Positions 15,256 to 28,355 of a stretch of 64,000 bases of DNA are shown piece after piece (the first letter of the stretch is position 1; each line of letters opens with the position of its first letter). Source of the DNA: Octopus bimaculoides. Taxonomy: Eukaryota. The stretch spans positions 37,131,098 through 37,195,097 of the forward strand of contig NC_068998.1 of NCBI RefSeq assembly GCF_001194135.2, read 5' to 3'. The notes under the pieces are model-generated. The model was not told where the DNA came from. It did not search any database and saw only the letters and a list, made by a program, of their open reading frames with translations. A program made the translations under genes and the position numbers.

Positions 15256-15405
15256 CTGCTGGCAAATGGCTTGTTCTTCGCCTGCGTAAACGTGGCTGGG
15301 ATATTTATCCATAATCTCACGGATCGTACCCAGCGGAAGACCTTCTACGATACGAGGAACTGTATTGCTGCACGGCTTGAGATCGAGGACGAGAATGAAA
15401 AACTA
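15256..15405 (+). CDS. ADCY1: Adenylyl cyclase (rutabaga/ADCY1-like) internal exon A, 150 nt, phase 0-0: last M1 helix plus pre-C1 coiled region (LLANGLFFACVNVAGIFIHNLTDRTQRKTFYDTRNCIAARLEIEDENEKL)
   Basis: Polypyrimidine tract + ttacag acceptor (ends 15255), gtaag donor at 15406, open 50 codons. QRKTFYDTRNCIAARLEIEDENEKL closely resembles rutabaga/ADCY1 sequence. Joins in frame to the exon at 16988. The symbol denotes the closest class, not proven 1:1 orthology. Confidence 0.93.
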
Positions 15406-15442
15406 GTAAGGAATTTACATGCAATATTTTGTAATATACATA

Positions 15443-15821
15443 AAGCGGCGAGCTGGCAGTGTCGTTAGCACGCCAAGCAAACTGCTTTATGTTTTGGCTT
15501 CAAATATCACCGGGATCGACTTTGCCCTTCATTCTTTCACATCTGCAAAACAAATGCCAGTTGAACACTGTAGTCGATGTAATCGACTAATCTCCTCATT
15601 CGAACTTGCTGCACCTGTGCCAAAATTTGAAATCAATATTTTGTAACATACATAAGGCGGCGAGATGGCAGAAGTGTTATCATACCGGCCAAAATGCTTA
15701 GTGGCATTTCGTCCGTATTTACGTTCTAAATTCTGCTCTTCATCCTTTTGGAGTCGATAAAATAAGTCCCAGTTGGACACTGGCCTCGAGCTAAAATTTG
15801 ATACCAATATTTTGTAACATA
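15443..15821 (+). mobile_element. Tandem pair of family A SINEs just downstream of exon A
   Basis: Two heads (15443, ~15655). The 16-mer aatattttgtaa(c/t)ata occurs at 15423, 15635 and 15806. Confidence 0.85.
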
Positions 15822-16987
15822 TAGTGACAAATGATCCATTTTAAGCTCTATAGTAATCTTCCAAAATGGCCGAAATCCTTAGCTCGTGTTCCAGTTTTTC
15901 ATGGAAGCCATTTTAGTTTATTGACAATGTTAAATCAATTTCCCTAACTATGAGCAATGTCAGGGAAGGCACGTGATCAAAGAATGGTTGATTTTACTGA
16001 CTTTTACGGTCATAGAATAGAGAACGAATTCTAGTTTGTTGTTTGCTTTGTTTTGCTTCTCACGTGCCTTAGGACTCATAAGACGGGCTATCCGCGTTTC
16101 CATGACAAATAAATGACTGAGATTACAATACTCCCCAGGGTCCAAGATCAGCAAGTCGAATACTGACGACTAGCCTCTCCCATCAAAACTTTTCTGGTCC
16201 TTTACCTATTGTAGAAGGAACTATCATTATGTTTTTTATTCCCATGGGACGATGCTGAAAAACAGAAACAGTAGCCTTATGTTTTTAATTATTTTTATTC
16301 CCAGGAAAATCAACTATGATTTTCACAAACTAAAGAAAGAGCGTATATTTAGTCTTCTTGTATCCTAGAAACACCATGTAATTCTCCCCCAATTCACAAC
16401 TATATATATAAAGATATCTATATATAATATAATCAAGGATACCTTATGTCTGAGTAAATTAGAGCATGGCTATATAGACATTCCAGCATGTAGAGCCATT
16501 AAACCCGACATGTTCATCTCAATTTCTCTCTCTCTCTCTCTCTCTCTCCCTCTCTCTCCATCTCACTCTCTCTTCATTTTCTTCCTCTCACCCCTTTCTG
16601 TCGATGAGCGTAGGCTCCAAATGTCAAATACTTTTTCATTTTTCCCGAGTGTCAAACTATCACACCTGCTTGTTCCTTCACCTCCTTTGTCATTTGTTTT
16701 CTAAATATTTGAACTATATATAGATGGTACACCTTGTGATCATACAGCTACTTTCTCGGGTCTGAACTCAGGTTATACAACAACTTTTATTTTCATTGGT
16801 CTATGATGAATAAAAAATAACTCCCAGTTATCTTCTAAAGTGAAATCACTTGACTATTTTCTTTCTCGGTAAATGTGTAGCCTTCGTGTAAAAATAATTA
16901 TCAAATCGGTTTTCTTTTCTCAAGAATTTGTTTTATGTGTTTTTCAATCACTGTTGTTATTGTTGCTATTTTTGTTTTTTTTTTCAG

Positions 16988-17106
16988 GAAAAATTATTGC
17001 TTAGTGTTCTACCTCAGCACGTTGCTATGGAAATGAAAGATGATATTACTACGCCACACCAGGGAATGTTTCATAAAATATACATCCAGAGGCACGACAA
17101 TGTCAG
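16988..17106 (+). CDS. ADCY1: Adenylyl cyclase exon B, 119 nt, phase 0-2 ([40 protein letters not shown])
   Basis: ttttttcag acceptor, AG|gtga donor at 17107. [15 protein letters not shown] and [13 protein letters not shown] are hallmark motifs of transmembrane adenylyl cyclases. The terminal AG joins the first C of the next exon to give Ser. Confidence 0.96.
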
Positions 17107-17752
17107 GTGATCATTTTCGTTCTCATTATCAGAATTTCTAAAAATAAACCGTGGCGAAGTTAGCGCGTTATTCTTCTGGAACCCTCTAGGAACAAAATAT
17201 TCATTAGTTGGATTTGATTGATTCAGCATCACCCAAACTCTTATAATTATGTGGTCACATAGTGATATATCAAAACCGGAGTCGTTGTTATAAGCATTTT
17301 CATTATAACTATGTTAATTATCCTTCTTGTAATTGACTACTAGGCCTCAAGTTACAATACAAAACCTGTTATGAAAAAAAGTTACTCAAACTTTGGGCAT
17401 GTGCATATATATATCAATATATATATATATGCGTATTTGTGTGTGTATGTATGTATGTGTGTGTGTGTTTGTGTATGTATGTATATGCATGTGTGTTTGT
17501 GTGTGTGTGTGTGTGTGTGCTATGAGAATTACTAGAAAGGTATCCCATAGAAACTCAAAAATTATTAAAAGGTGGAGAAGAGAAGATGTTAGAATTTGAA
17601 AATGGTTTAATAAATGCATACGATCGTTTAGAAAAGCGATATTAAACATGTAAATAGCATGATAGAATAATTAAAATTAATTTAATGAACTTAAATTAAC
17701 TACAAATCACTGTTCTCCTCAATGCAAGACGAATATATCAAAAAATATTATA

Positions 17753-17787
<35 letters not shown>

Positions 17788-18874
17788 AAAAGACTAAATG
17801 GAGGAAAGAGCATACTAAAAGAAAGCTGTTGAGTCTCTTTGTGTTTAAACTAAACACTGATGCGGTTAACGGTTATTCGAAAATATATGTGAAAGATGTT
17901 TAAGAAACATTCCCTCTATATAAATAATAAGTAGGTAATTTATTTACACTCCAAATAAGTCATTTATGACAAGGAGTTAAACAGAGGCGTCCAATGGGAA
18001 AGCACAGTCATGTTGGAATTAAGAAATGAATTGACAGTTATAACTAATATATAATTAATATTAGGTATGGTGTATAATTAAATAAATTACTTCTTTAAAA
18101 AAGAGAAAGTCTTGTGCGAAAATAAAATAAAAACTAGTGAATATAGTTTTTATTAGGCTACTTGAATGCAAAACGAAAGGACGGAGTTATTAGTTATATA
18201 TAACGGAAAATATTTTTTTAGTGTAAGAGATTATGTTCATTTGTGTATATTAAATATAAGATAAAAAATAGAAGAATAGTTGTTAATATTACAGAATTAA
18301 GATAGTAAAAGCTAGATGCTGCTAAGAAAATTAGAGGTAACGTTCAAGAAAAAATGATAGGTATTAAAAGGTTGACATTATCAATGTAGGGAAGATAAAA
18401 CTGAGAAAAAAGTCCTTAAAAAAATATGTATAAAAAGTTATAATTATGGGTATTTAGTAGGTTGACTATGTGTTTGTATAAATGATAACATATGAGTTGA
18501 GGATCTAGCTTGGCATAAGAGAAATGGGAAGTCTATAGTAGTATTATATAATTAATAATTGTCTAAATGGTATAAAATTATAGTGAGTTGAGATTTTAAG
18601 AAAAAATAAATTATTTATGGAGCAATGGGTGTAAATAAGTATATTAAAAACTACGAAGAATAATTCGTATATAAAAAAATCTTATAAAGGAGAATAATTT
18701 ATATTGTATACAGATACTTATACAGAGAGCATATCTGTGAAAAAAGTATACATAGGCTTACGTATTCTAGTTACTTTTTAAGTTATTTTGTTTGAGGGTG
18801 TATGTGGCAGAGAGGACACCGTACAAAGGAGAATGAGAATATTTATATCGGTGTACGGATAAGGAAAGTAAAAA

Positions 18875-19500
18875 ACAGGGCCAAGAACTCAATTGCCCCT
18901 AACACATATACACATAATAACATAGTACCAACTAATAATTTAAATTGCAGTTGTAGAGACCCAAATAGTTGTGAAGTAGGAGGAAATTGTAAAATGAAAG
19001 AAGTATACCAAGCAACAATTATTATCAATAATTCCTCTAAATATATATACGTTGGTTGTACGAAGAATTCTTTAAAATTAAGAATAAATAATCATAAATC
19101 CTCCTGTAATAACCCTAGAACAGAGAATAGCACAGGTCTATCTAAGAAGGTTTGACAACTCAAAAGAAGCAATATAGATTACTCAGTTTCTTGGAAAATC
19201 CTATCTTCAGCACCACCTTATAGGTATAATAACAAAATTTGTAAATTATGCCGGGAAGAGAGTTATAGTATAATGAAAATGAATGGTCTCCTTGTTAATA
19301 CTTGGGATGAAAAAGTTTCTTCTTGTAGATATATGTCCAAATTCCTTTTTATTAATCTTAAATAATATCCCACTATCACCTTTATTTTTATTTATTACCA
19401 TCTTTCTGATAAATCTTTTTCTTTAAATACCTCTCTCTATATATTAACCTTCTCTGTGGTATCAGATTATTCTTCTTCTAATATTCTGCACATGAATTCA
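18875..19500 (+). mobile_element. Penelope-like element (PLE) relic: Cys-rich linker plus GIY-YIG endonuclease, one internal stop, followed by a T/C-rich 3' region
   Basis: Translation NCSCRDPNSCEVGGNC..VYQATI..YIYVGCTKNSLKLRINNHKSS..NSTGLSKKV*QLK..YSVSWKIL..CKLCREE..LLVN matches the GIY-YIG plus Cys motifs at the C-terminus of Neptune-type PLE ORFs. Confidence 0.85.
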
Positions 19501-19874
19501 TCTTATACTATATGGAAACATATATTTATTATTTAACCATCGTAATACAATACATGAAAACCAATATGGTACATAAAAGAAATGGGCACCTACTAGGACA
19601 TAGTGAAGAGAAATCGCCATCTAGGTAGGGTCAGATCACTCCCACGATTCCAGTCACATTCCAATCCCGACGCTTCTCGTTTCCTGTCGATTGGAAACGG
19701 AATTGTCCCATTTTAGACATGATCTACTTCGGTTTGGATTGAACAATGTAAACACCCATATCCTGTACTAAGTTCGCTAGTTTGAAATTGATGGATTGTT
19801 TATGAGGTTTCATCCAACAATCTATCATCTAGAGGTTTTGGAAGAGATGGTAGTAGAGATTTTTCCCGAATTCT

Positions 19875-20216
19875 CTAAGGCCCACATTTAAACTGGCACT
19901 CCGTCGGCTACAACGGCGAGTGTTCCAGTTGATCCGATCAACTGGACAGCCTGCTCGTGAAATTAACGTGCAAGTGGTTGAGCACCCCTCAGAAATGCAT
20001 AACCTTAACTTAGTTCTCAAGGAGAATCAGTATGATACAGAATGTGACAAGGCTGGCCCATTGAATTACAGGAACAGCTATTTTTTGCCAACTGAGTGGA
20101 CTGGAACAACGAGAAATAAAATTGTTGCTCAAGGACAAAATGCACAACTACGAACTGAACTTACGACTGTGCTATCGTTAGCCGAATACCCTAACCATTA
20201 AGCCACTCGCCTTCAC
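19875..20216 (-). mobile_element. SINE family C (tRNA head with tgtccttgagcaa..ccagtccactcag core), inserted into the PLE-associated region
   Basis: Minus head gtgaaggcgagtggcttaatggttagggtattcggc; body matches the reverse complement of 62840-63020. Confidence 0.78.
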
Positions 20217-21082
20217 CAAGTCTCTTGTTATTAATTAAGTGAACCGTGCAGTTTATGCAACGCAGACTGACAGGCGTCGATCTGTGGAGTTTGAGCTTTA
20301 TCCTTCATTATTTTCAGCACGGGCCAATCATTTCTTTATTACCTACTTTTGTCCTATTTTTGCTGATGGATCTCGAGTTTTCTCCATGCTTTGTGTTCTG
20401 AGCTCCTGAAGAGATTTCAGCAATGATCTTTCGATTGCATAAGAGGATACCTGGTCTATCACTGGAGTTTATGGTGCTCTAGATGAGCCATTTCTTTTCT
20501 GGCCTTGGTCGTTTCTACTGTTTACACCACAGCGGCCTGTTACTGACTACGACTGACGTCCTGTTTACTTGCGAGGTTTTTTCCTTTTTGTTTTTTCACT
20601 TTTCCATTTCTGGACAAAGGTCTTCTTTTTTTTTTATTTATACTTTACTCCAACATATTTAGCAATCAGGCTTTGTATTCTGCACCACTAATCGCACCGG
20701 CCTCCTTTTTCTCCTATGTAGGGGTCTCCTTTGGTCTGGGTTGACCATATATCTACCCATGAATGCGCAAACCTGGGTTAGGTCTTTATTTTCATTTATC
20801 TTTATTTATTTACTTATCTGAATATTGGTTGTTGTCCAAATATAAAGTCATTCCTCTCCAGAGCACCGGCTTTGCCCAAGGGTAAATCCACAACCTTACT
20901 GCCGACACAGTTTAGCATCAGTGTCCTCACAAACGCTGTTACGAGAGTGAAAATGGCTGGCCGGAGCAGATATGTCAACGCGTATTAGCTCTAATGTACG
21001 TACAGTTCTGAGGCTACCACCAGAGATTATCAGTAAGGTAATAATCTCTGGATTATAATTTAAGGAGACTATTTTGTGATAG

Positions 21083-21523
21083 ATTATCCTTTATCTTTCA
21101 CTTGTTTCAGTCATTGCACTCTTGCGGCCATGCTGGAACACGGTGTTGAGGAACTTTTAGTCTGACAAATCGAACTCCTTACTTTTCTTATAAGCCTAAT
21201 ATTTATTCCATCCTTTTCTTTTGCTGAACTGTTAAGTTACGAGGACGTACAAAAAACCAATGCCGATTGTCAAGCGGGGTGGGGGACCAAACACACACAC
21301 ACATACACACACACACACACACACATGCACACACACACACGCACACACACACATACACACATATACATATGCATACACGACGGGCTTCTTTGAATTTTCG
21401 TCTACTAAATCCACTCACAAGGTTTTGGTCGGGCCGAGGGTATAACAGAAGGTGCCACGCATTGGAACTGAACACAGAACCATATGGTTGAGAAGCAGAC
21501 TTTTTACCACACAGTTACACCTG
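21083..21523 (-). mobile_element. SINE family B, complete: tRNA-like head, internal (CA/TA)n microsatellite, ~210-bp tail
   Basis: Head homologous to 4456-4625 (+) and 44452-44612 (-); tail homologous to 5395-5605 (+), 10252-10460 (+) and 29150-29200 (-). Confidence 0.8.
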
Positions 21524-23449
21524 TCTTGTCCTTTAATTCAAAATAGTTTTGTAATTCTGGTGACGGACGTATTTAAAGGAAAAGTGCATTTTTGATACCT
21601 GCCTCTAGGAAAATGTTGCGAGAATTTTCTTTAGAGCTTTCAATATAACTTGCATAGATTTTTGTTTCGCTGAAATCAATGAGTGTGGTTTCTATTTGTT
21701 GTTTTAACAATGAAACACACAAATGGAAAGGCAAGCATTAGGATTATTACGTTTACATAAAGATGTTGTATTTATTCTAATAAGCTTTCTTCTATATATA
21801 TATATATATATTTGCTATGGAAGCAGAACATTACCAGTAATGCTGTATCTGAAATTTGTATTTATCAAATATTTCATAAAGAACATGCTTATGTATATCA
21901 CAGGAAGCTTCAGGCAATATTAGAATAATTAAAATACAGGGAAAAATCTAAGTATAGTATTGTCTTAGTAGTAATATTTGCATATATATAAGTACGATTT
22001 TGTATATGTATATTCTTTATGTATACAGCCACTCTTTTAAGGATTCATTATGGTAATTAACGGCACATATATTTTTCCTCGAAGAGCATACTAATAGGGT
22101 AAAATTTACTGGAATTAAATCTGAATTAGTTAATTCATGCAGACATTCACAAGGATATTTATTAAGAAATTTCCAGCTTCCTGGTGGAGATATAATTCGT
22201 CAGTCAAAGTATATTATCTATACCTTTGAAACTTTTAATCATTTCCAAAATATGTTTGCATTCATAATTTTAGAAAATATAGTAGTTATACGACTTCACT
22301 TTAAATGTTTTGATATGTGACGTATATTTCAAAAGATACATATCGATAACAGCTCGATGTGTTTTCAAATATTTCTGTCTATCTCTGTCTATCTGTTTAT
22401 CTATCAATCTATCTTGTTTCCTATCTACATATGTGTGTGTGTGCGTGTGTGTCTGTGGGAGATAGAGAGAGAGAGAGAGAGAGAGNNNNNNNNNNNNNNN
22501 NNNNNNNNNNNNNNNNNNNNNNNNNNNNNNNNNNNNNNNNNNNNNNNNNNNNNNNNNNNNNNNNNNNNNNNNNNNNNNNNNNNNNNNNNNNNNNNNNNNN
22601 NNNNNNNNNNNNNNNNNNNNNNNNNNNNNNNNNNNNNNNNNNNNNNNNNNNNNNNNNNNNNNNNNNNNNNNNNNNNNNNNNNNNNNNNNNNNNNNNNNNN
22701 NNNNNNNNNNNNNNNNNNNNNNNNNNNNNNNNNNNNNNNNNNNNNNNNNNNNNNNNNNNNNNNNNNNNNNNNNNNNNNNNNNNNNNNNNNNNNNNNNNNN
22801 NNNNNNNNNNNNNNNNNNNNNNNNNNNNNNNNNNNNNNNNNNNNNNNNNNNNNNNNNNNNNNNNNNNNNNNNNNNNNNNNNNNNNNNNNNNNNNNNNNNN
22901 NNNNNNNNNNNNNNNNNNNNNNNNNNNNNNNNNNNNNNNNNNNNNNNNNNNNNNNNNNNNNNNNNNNNNNNNNNNNNNNNNNNNNNNNNNNNNNNNNNNN
23001 NNNNNNNNNNNNNNNNNNNNNNNNNNNNNNNNNNNNNNNNNNNNNNNNNNNNNNNNNNNNNNNNNNNNNNNNNNNNNNNNNNNNNNNNNNNNNNNNNNNN
23101 NNNNNNNNNNNNNNNNNNNNNNNNNNNNNNNNNNNNNNNNNNNNNNNNNNNNNNNNNNNNNNNNNNNNNNNNNNNNNNNNNNNNNNNNNNNNNNNNNNNN
23201 NNNNNNNNNNNNNNNNNNNNNNNNNNNNNNNNNNNNNNNNNNNNNNNNNNNNNNNNNNNNNNNNNNNNNNNNNNNNNNNNNNNNNNNNNNNNNNNNNNNN
23301 NNNNNNNNNNNNNNNNNNNNNNNNNNNNNNNNNNNNNNNNNNNNNNNNNNNNNNNNNNNNNNNNNNNNNNNNNNNNNNNNNNNNNNNNNNNNNNNNNNNN
23401 NNNNNNNNNNNNNNNNNNNNNNNNNNNNNNNNNNNNNNNNNNNNNNNNN

Positions 23450-23506
<57 letters not shown>

Positions 23507-23582
23507 CTTCTCTCACTGCATAAATATACTCACACACGCACACATGCACACACAAACACACATCATATATGCACCGCAAATA

Positions 23583-23614
<32 letters not shown>

Positions 23615-23932
23615 ATGTATATACATACATACGTACATATATATATATATATGCACACACACATATACGTACGCCACACCTCACACACGTACACATGCAT
23701 TCACGCAGAGATAGATCAGTTGTGCTGCTTATGTGATGTGCGTTCGTGTGCGCGTGTGTACGTGTGTGAGAATGTGTATGCAAAGAGAGAGGGCTGGAGA
23801 GAGAGAATTACACACAAACACACACATACACACATATGTATATATATATTTACGTGTGTGTGTGTGTGTGTGCGCGTGTGTGTGTGTGTATGAATGTACA
23901 TATCTAACTTTTTGGCTATAGATTAAATTTCT

Positions 23933-24129
23933 GGCGGCGTGCTGGCTGAAACGTTAGCACACCGGGCGAAATGCTTAGCGGTAGTTTGTCTTTCTTTACG
24001 TTCTGAGTTCAAATTCCGCCGAGGTCGACCTTGCGTTTCATCCTTTCGGAATCGATAAATTTATTACCAGTTGCGTATCGACTGGCCCCTCCCTCAAACT
24101 TTCGGGCCTTGATTCTAGAGTAGAGAATA
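23933..24129 (+). mobile_element. tRNA-derived SINE family A, with 15-bp TSD
   Basis: ggcggcg.gctggc.gaaacgttagc head, gagttcaaattcc B-box-like motif; TSD atagattaaatttct (23918-23932) / atagattaaattcct (24130-24144). Confidence 0.9.
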
Positions 24130-25239
24130 ATAGATTAAATTCCTTCTAACTCTTTCTTTCTTCCTCTCTCCCTCCCCTCTCTCTCTCTGTCTCTCAAGAC
24201 ACACACAGAATATGCATTGGTTGCATTGAAAATAGGGCAGTATTCTGAATTTTACTTTTTCATAATGGTATCTTTAAACCACATCACAGCACTAAAATAA
24301 ACACAGGCAACATTCCCAAGTCATAAACGAAGTTATGTTGCTGACTGATGACGTATAGAGGTAACTAACAAAATTCTAATTCCCACAATATTTGCAGCGT
24401 AAATGTCGAGCTTGTCTACTATAAAGTGAAACTAGCGCATGCAACAACCTTTCATCCTGTAGTTGAGATTAACAAGCTCTAGAATCGTGTATGATGTGAA
24501 TACGAACTTTATTGTTTCGGATTAACGTCCGTGTATCTTCTTTCTTCTTTGTTTTTCTTTTTTCTTTTGTTATTTAGGAGTTGCATTAGCTTCCTTATAA
24601 CCCTTCCAATTAAGCTTGTCTACAACACAACTAATTTGTAACGTGTTTACAGAAGTGTGATACATAGATACTTAGATTCTTAGATAAGTTTCAGCCAGAA
24701 TTGTCCCAGACCATGTCCAACTTAATAACACCACTTGAAAAAAAAGCAAACATTTAATGAACTTTCACATTGCTGTCATTCTTTCGGTACCAAAGCCCTT
24801 TCTTGCAGAGATTTATCAAGGTTTATGTGGTTTACTTGGAATTTATTGGAGATATTCCTCTAGGAACCGGTTAAATGTTAGTGGATCTTTTCGGTCTCTT
24901 ATGTGTCTTGGCATGATGTTAAAGAAAGCATGACCAGTGGAGTTGAAATAATTCTGTCTTAGTGTTTTGATATGACGTGAACATCACATTTGTAGGGGAT
25001 GGATAGCACGGTGACCAAATCTCGATGAATCTTAAAGTAGATGCCAACATCATTCGGGCAGTGCCGTCGGATATTTTCCACATCGAACAAATGATATAGC
25101 ACTTGCGGTGTTTTATCATTTTTGATTGAACTTCTGGTGACTGTAAGATTATTATATTATTTGCAAGACTTTCGAAGTCACTTTAACAACTTCTTCACTA
25201 AAAGTAAAATAAAAAGTGCTGCTAGTTAAACAATTATAT

Positions 25240-25942
25240 CTAACTAAAATACGGTGCTGACCAAGAGCCAATTACACCAAATACTGAATAGACAACACAT
25301 CAGGAAGTGATAAGCGCAGAATTTGTGGACAAAATGGTGAGACCGTATGGCATATTACCAGTCAATGTACGCCACTAGCTCAGAAAGAATATTAGAGACG
25401 TCATGACAATATAGCAAAGATTGTCCATTGGACACTTTGCAACAAGTATAGACTTGACAGAGCCAAAAACCCGACAGAATCATCGAAAAGGATAATGCAA
25501 AAATCGTATGGGAATTTATGATTCAGTGCGACCATGAGATAGAGAATAGGAAGCCAGACATAGCGTTAATTGAGAAAGAAAGCAAACGATGCTGGACCAT
25601 AGATATAGCATGCCCAGCTGACAACAAGGTATGCGATAAGGAAGAAAGAAAAGTCGATATATATGACAGGATAGCTTGGAGGTTAAGCAGTTGTTGTCGA
25701 TGAAAAAGGTGGTAGTAGTACCAATAATTGTCGGAGCCCTGGGAACAGTGAATAAAAATCTTGAGAAGTACATGGAACAAATAGGGGTTGCAATAAGGGT
25801 GGAGCACTCGCAGAAAACAACACTGCTTGGAACTGCTCGAATATTCCGGGTGGTGCTCGAAAAATAAGTGGTGTTACTTTGGTTCACTGGTAGTGAACAG
25901 CTGGCACCGTAGTACATCTCCAATGTCAGAAGTTGTGCAGAG

Positions 25943-25943
<1 letters not shown>
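25240..25943 (+). mobile_element. 5'-truncated RLE non-LTR retrotransposon (R4/Dong-like): zinc knuckle, restriction-like endonuclease, 3' UTR and (AAT)n tail
   Basis: Frameshifted translation RICGQNGETVWHITSQC..RRHDNIAKIVHW..RKPDIALIEKESKRCWTIDIACP..PIIVGALG..QKTTLLGTARIFRVVLE*, directly followed by (AAT)n at ~25940-26010. Confidence 0.88.
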
Positions 25944-26012
<69 letters not shown>

Positions 26013-26736
26013 AAACAAGAAATCATACTACCTAAGAAATACGAAGAAGAAGAAGAAGAAGAAGAAGAAGANNNNNNNNNNNNNNNNNNNNNNNNNNNNN
26101 NNNNNNNNNNNNNNNNNNNNNNNNNNNNNNNNNNNNNNNNNNNNNNNNNNNNNNNNNNNNNNNNNNNNNNNNNNNNNNNNNNNNNNNNNNNNNNNNNNNN
26201 NNNNNNNNNNNNNNNNNNNNNNNNNNNNNNNNNNNNNNNNNNNNNNNNNNNNNNNNNNNNNNNNNNNNNNNNNNNNNNNNNNNNNNNNNNNNNNNNNNNN
26301 NNNNNNNNNNNNNNNNNNNNNNNNNNNNNNNNNNNNNNNNNNNNNNNNNNNNNNNNNNNNNNNNNNNNNNNNNNNNNNNNNNNNNNNNNNNNNNNNNNNN
26401 NNNNNNNNNNNNNNNNNNNNNNNNNNNNNNNNNNNNNNNNNNNNNNNNNNNNNNNNNNNNNNNNNNNNNNNNNNNNNNNNNNNNNNNNNNNNNNNNNNNN
26501 NNNNNNNNNNNNNNNNNNNNNNNNNNNNNNNNNNNNNNNNNNNNNNNNNNNNNNNNNNNNNNNNNNNNNNNNNNNNNNNNNNNNNNNNNNNNNNNNNNNN
26601 NNNNNNNNNNNNNNNNNNNNNNNNNNNNNNNNNNNNNNNNNNNNNNNNNNNNNNNNNNNNNNNNNNNNNNNNNNNNNNNNNNNNNNNNNNNNNNNNNNNN
26701 NNNNNNNNNNNNNNNNNNNNNNNNNNNNNNNNNNNN

Positions 26737-26975
26737 AAAAAATATTCAGACAAATACATAACAAAAACACCAGGACTTACAAATATATATAACATACAGA
26801 AAATTGCACTTCTAGGCACTGCACACATCCTACGCAAAACACTTTCAATACAGTAACCATAAGAGCATCACAGCAAACCACAGCACATACCCAAGGCGCA
26901 CAGAGCTGCGCTCGATAGTGAAGTGAAAGCACGTTATAAAAATAAAACTACTGAACAATAATAATAATAATAATA
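26737..26975 (+). mobile_element. 3' end of a second RLE LINE subfamily (R4/Dong-like) with (AAT)n tail
   Basis: KYITKTPGLTNIYNIQKIALLGTAHILRKTLSIQ* parallels the QK..LLGTA.I.R C-terminal motif at 25810-25865, with a different 3' UTR ending in (AAT)n. The upstream part is in an N gap. Confidence 0.78.
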
Positions 26976-26984
26976 ATCCTTTCT

Positions 26985-27473
26985 ACTGGAAGGGCAAAGC
27001 CTCAAATTTGGGTAATGGATTAAGTCGATTACATCGACCCCAGTCCGTAGCCGGTACTGATTTCATCGACCCCGAAAGGATGAAAGGCGACGTTTGAACT
27101 CGGAACGTGAAGACAGACGAAATACCGTTAAACATTTCGTCCAGTGTGCTAACGATTCTGCCAGCTCGCCGCCTTGAAGTTTGTATAAATGTATGTCTGT
27201 TGTCCACNNNNNNNNNNNNNNNNNNNNNNNNNNNNNNNNNNNNNNNNNNNNNNNNNNNNNNNNNNNNNNNNNNNNNNNNNNNNNNNNNNNNNNNNNNNNN
27301 NNNNNNNNNNNNNNNNNNNNNNNNNNNNNNNNNNNNNNNNNNNNNNNNNNNNNNNNNNNNNNNNNNNNGAATGTTTATGAAGGAACGAGATACGGGAGCA
27401 CACAAATTTTCACTTTTGAACTAACTGCTTCTCTCACTCTCTCTGTCTTCTTTTCTCTCTCTCTCTCTCTATC

Positions 27474-27519
<46 letters not shown>

Positions 27520-28355
27520 CCTCTCTAACATTTTTGGGGGTAAAATATAGACTCACATACAAACATTTAGATATAAACATTGCAGCAGAACTGAAGCACG
27601 GGGTTTACTTAGACCAGTATGCGAGGCGATCAAATATATGGAATGTAAACAGTTATTCTGGCTTTCCTGAATTATTGGAACGAGTAATTGAATACTCGAA
27701 AATAATTAAATCGCAGATCACTTCTATTGTTTTGGTTTGTTTTCTTTTTGTTTTTATTCTATTTTTGGTATTTTGTATTATAGAAACGATTTATGAGTTT
27801 CTGATTTCTATGTTGTGAAATTTGATGAGACTCGGCGTGCAAAAGAAAAAAAAAAAGCCTTGGAATNNNNNNNNNNAAAAAAAAAAAAAAAAGCCTTGGA
27901 ATTCATTTTCTAGTTTCTCTTCTTTTCTAACGGTTTCAAAGTTTGGCACAACGCCCGCAATTTTCAGGATAGGCTAATTCGACTGCCGTGACACCGGTGT
28001 TCATATGGCACTGTTTTTTATTGACCCTGGAAAGCAAAGTCGATCTTGGCAGCATTTGAACTCAAAAACCTAAAGCAAAAGGAAATGCAGCTAAGTATTT
28101 TGAACGGCACTATAACTATTCTGCCAGATCACCGCTGTATTGTTTTAAATTTTTGACACAAGGTCAGCAATTTTAATGGAGAGAGATAAAGGATTACATC
28201 AACCCCAGTGCTCAACTGGTATTTATTTTATCGATCCCAATAGGATGGCTGGCAAAGTCAACCTCGGAAGAATTTAAACTAAGAATATAAAGAGCCAGAG
28301 GAAATGCTGCTAATCCTTTGTTCCAAGCGCTCTAATAACTCTGCCAGCTTACCCC
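26985..28355 (-). mobile_element. Family A SINE cluster, minus strand (26985-27175, 27930-28140, 28145-28355)
   Basis: atcgaccccgaaaggatgaaaggc..tttgaactc..ctgccagctcgccgcc motifs in each copy. Confidence 0.78.

Noticed and set aside
19920-20201. 93-aa ORF
   Set aside because: Antisense reading of the family C SINE.
27841-27905. Direct duplication either side of a 10-N gap (also 50845-50895 and 56930-57060)
   Set aside because: Typical unmerged contig overlap flanking placeholder gaps; assembly artefact, not a biological tandem repeat.
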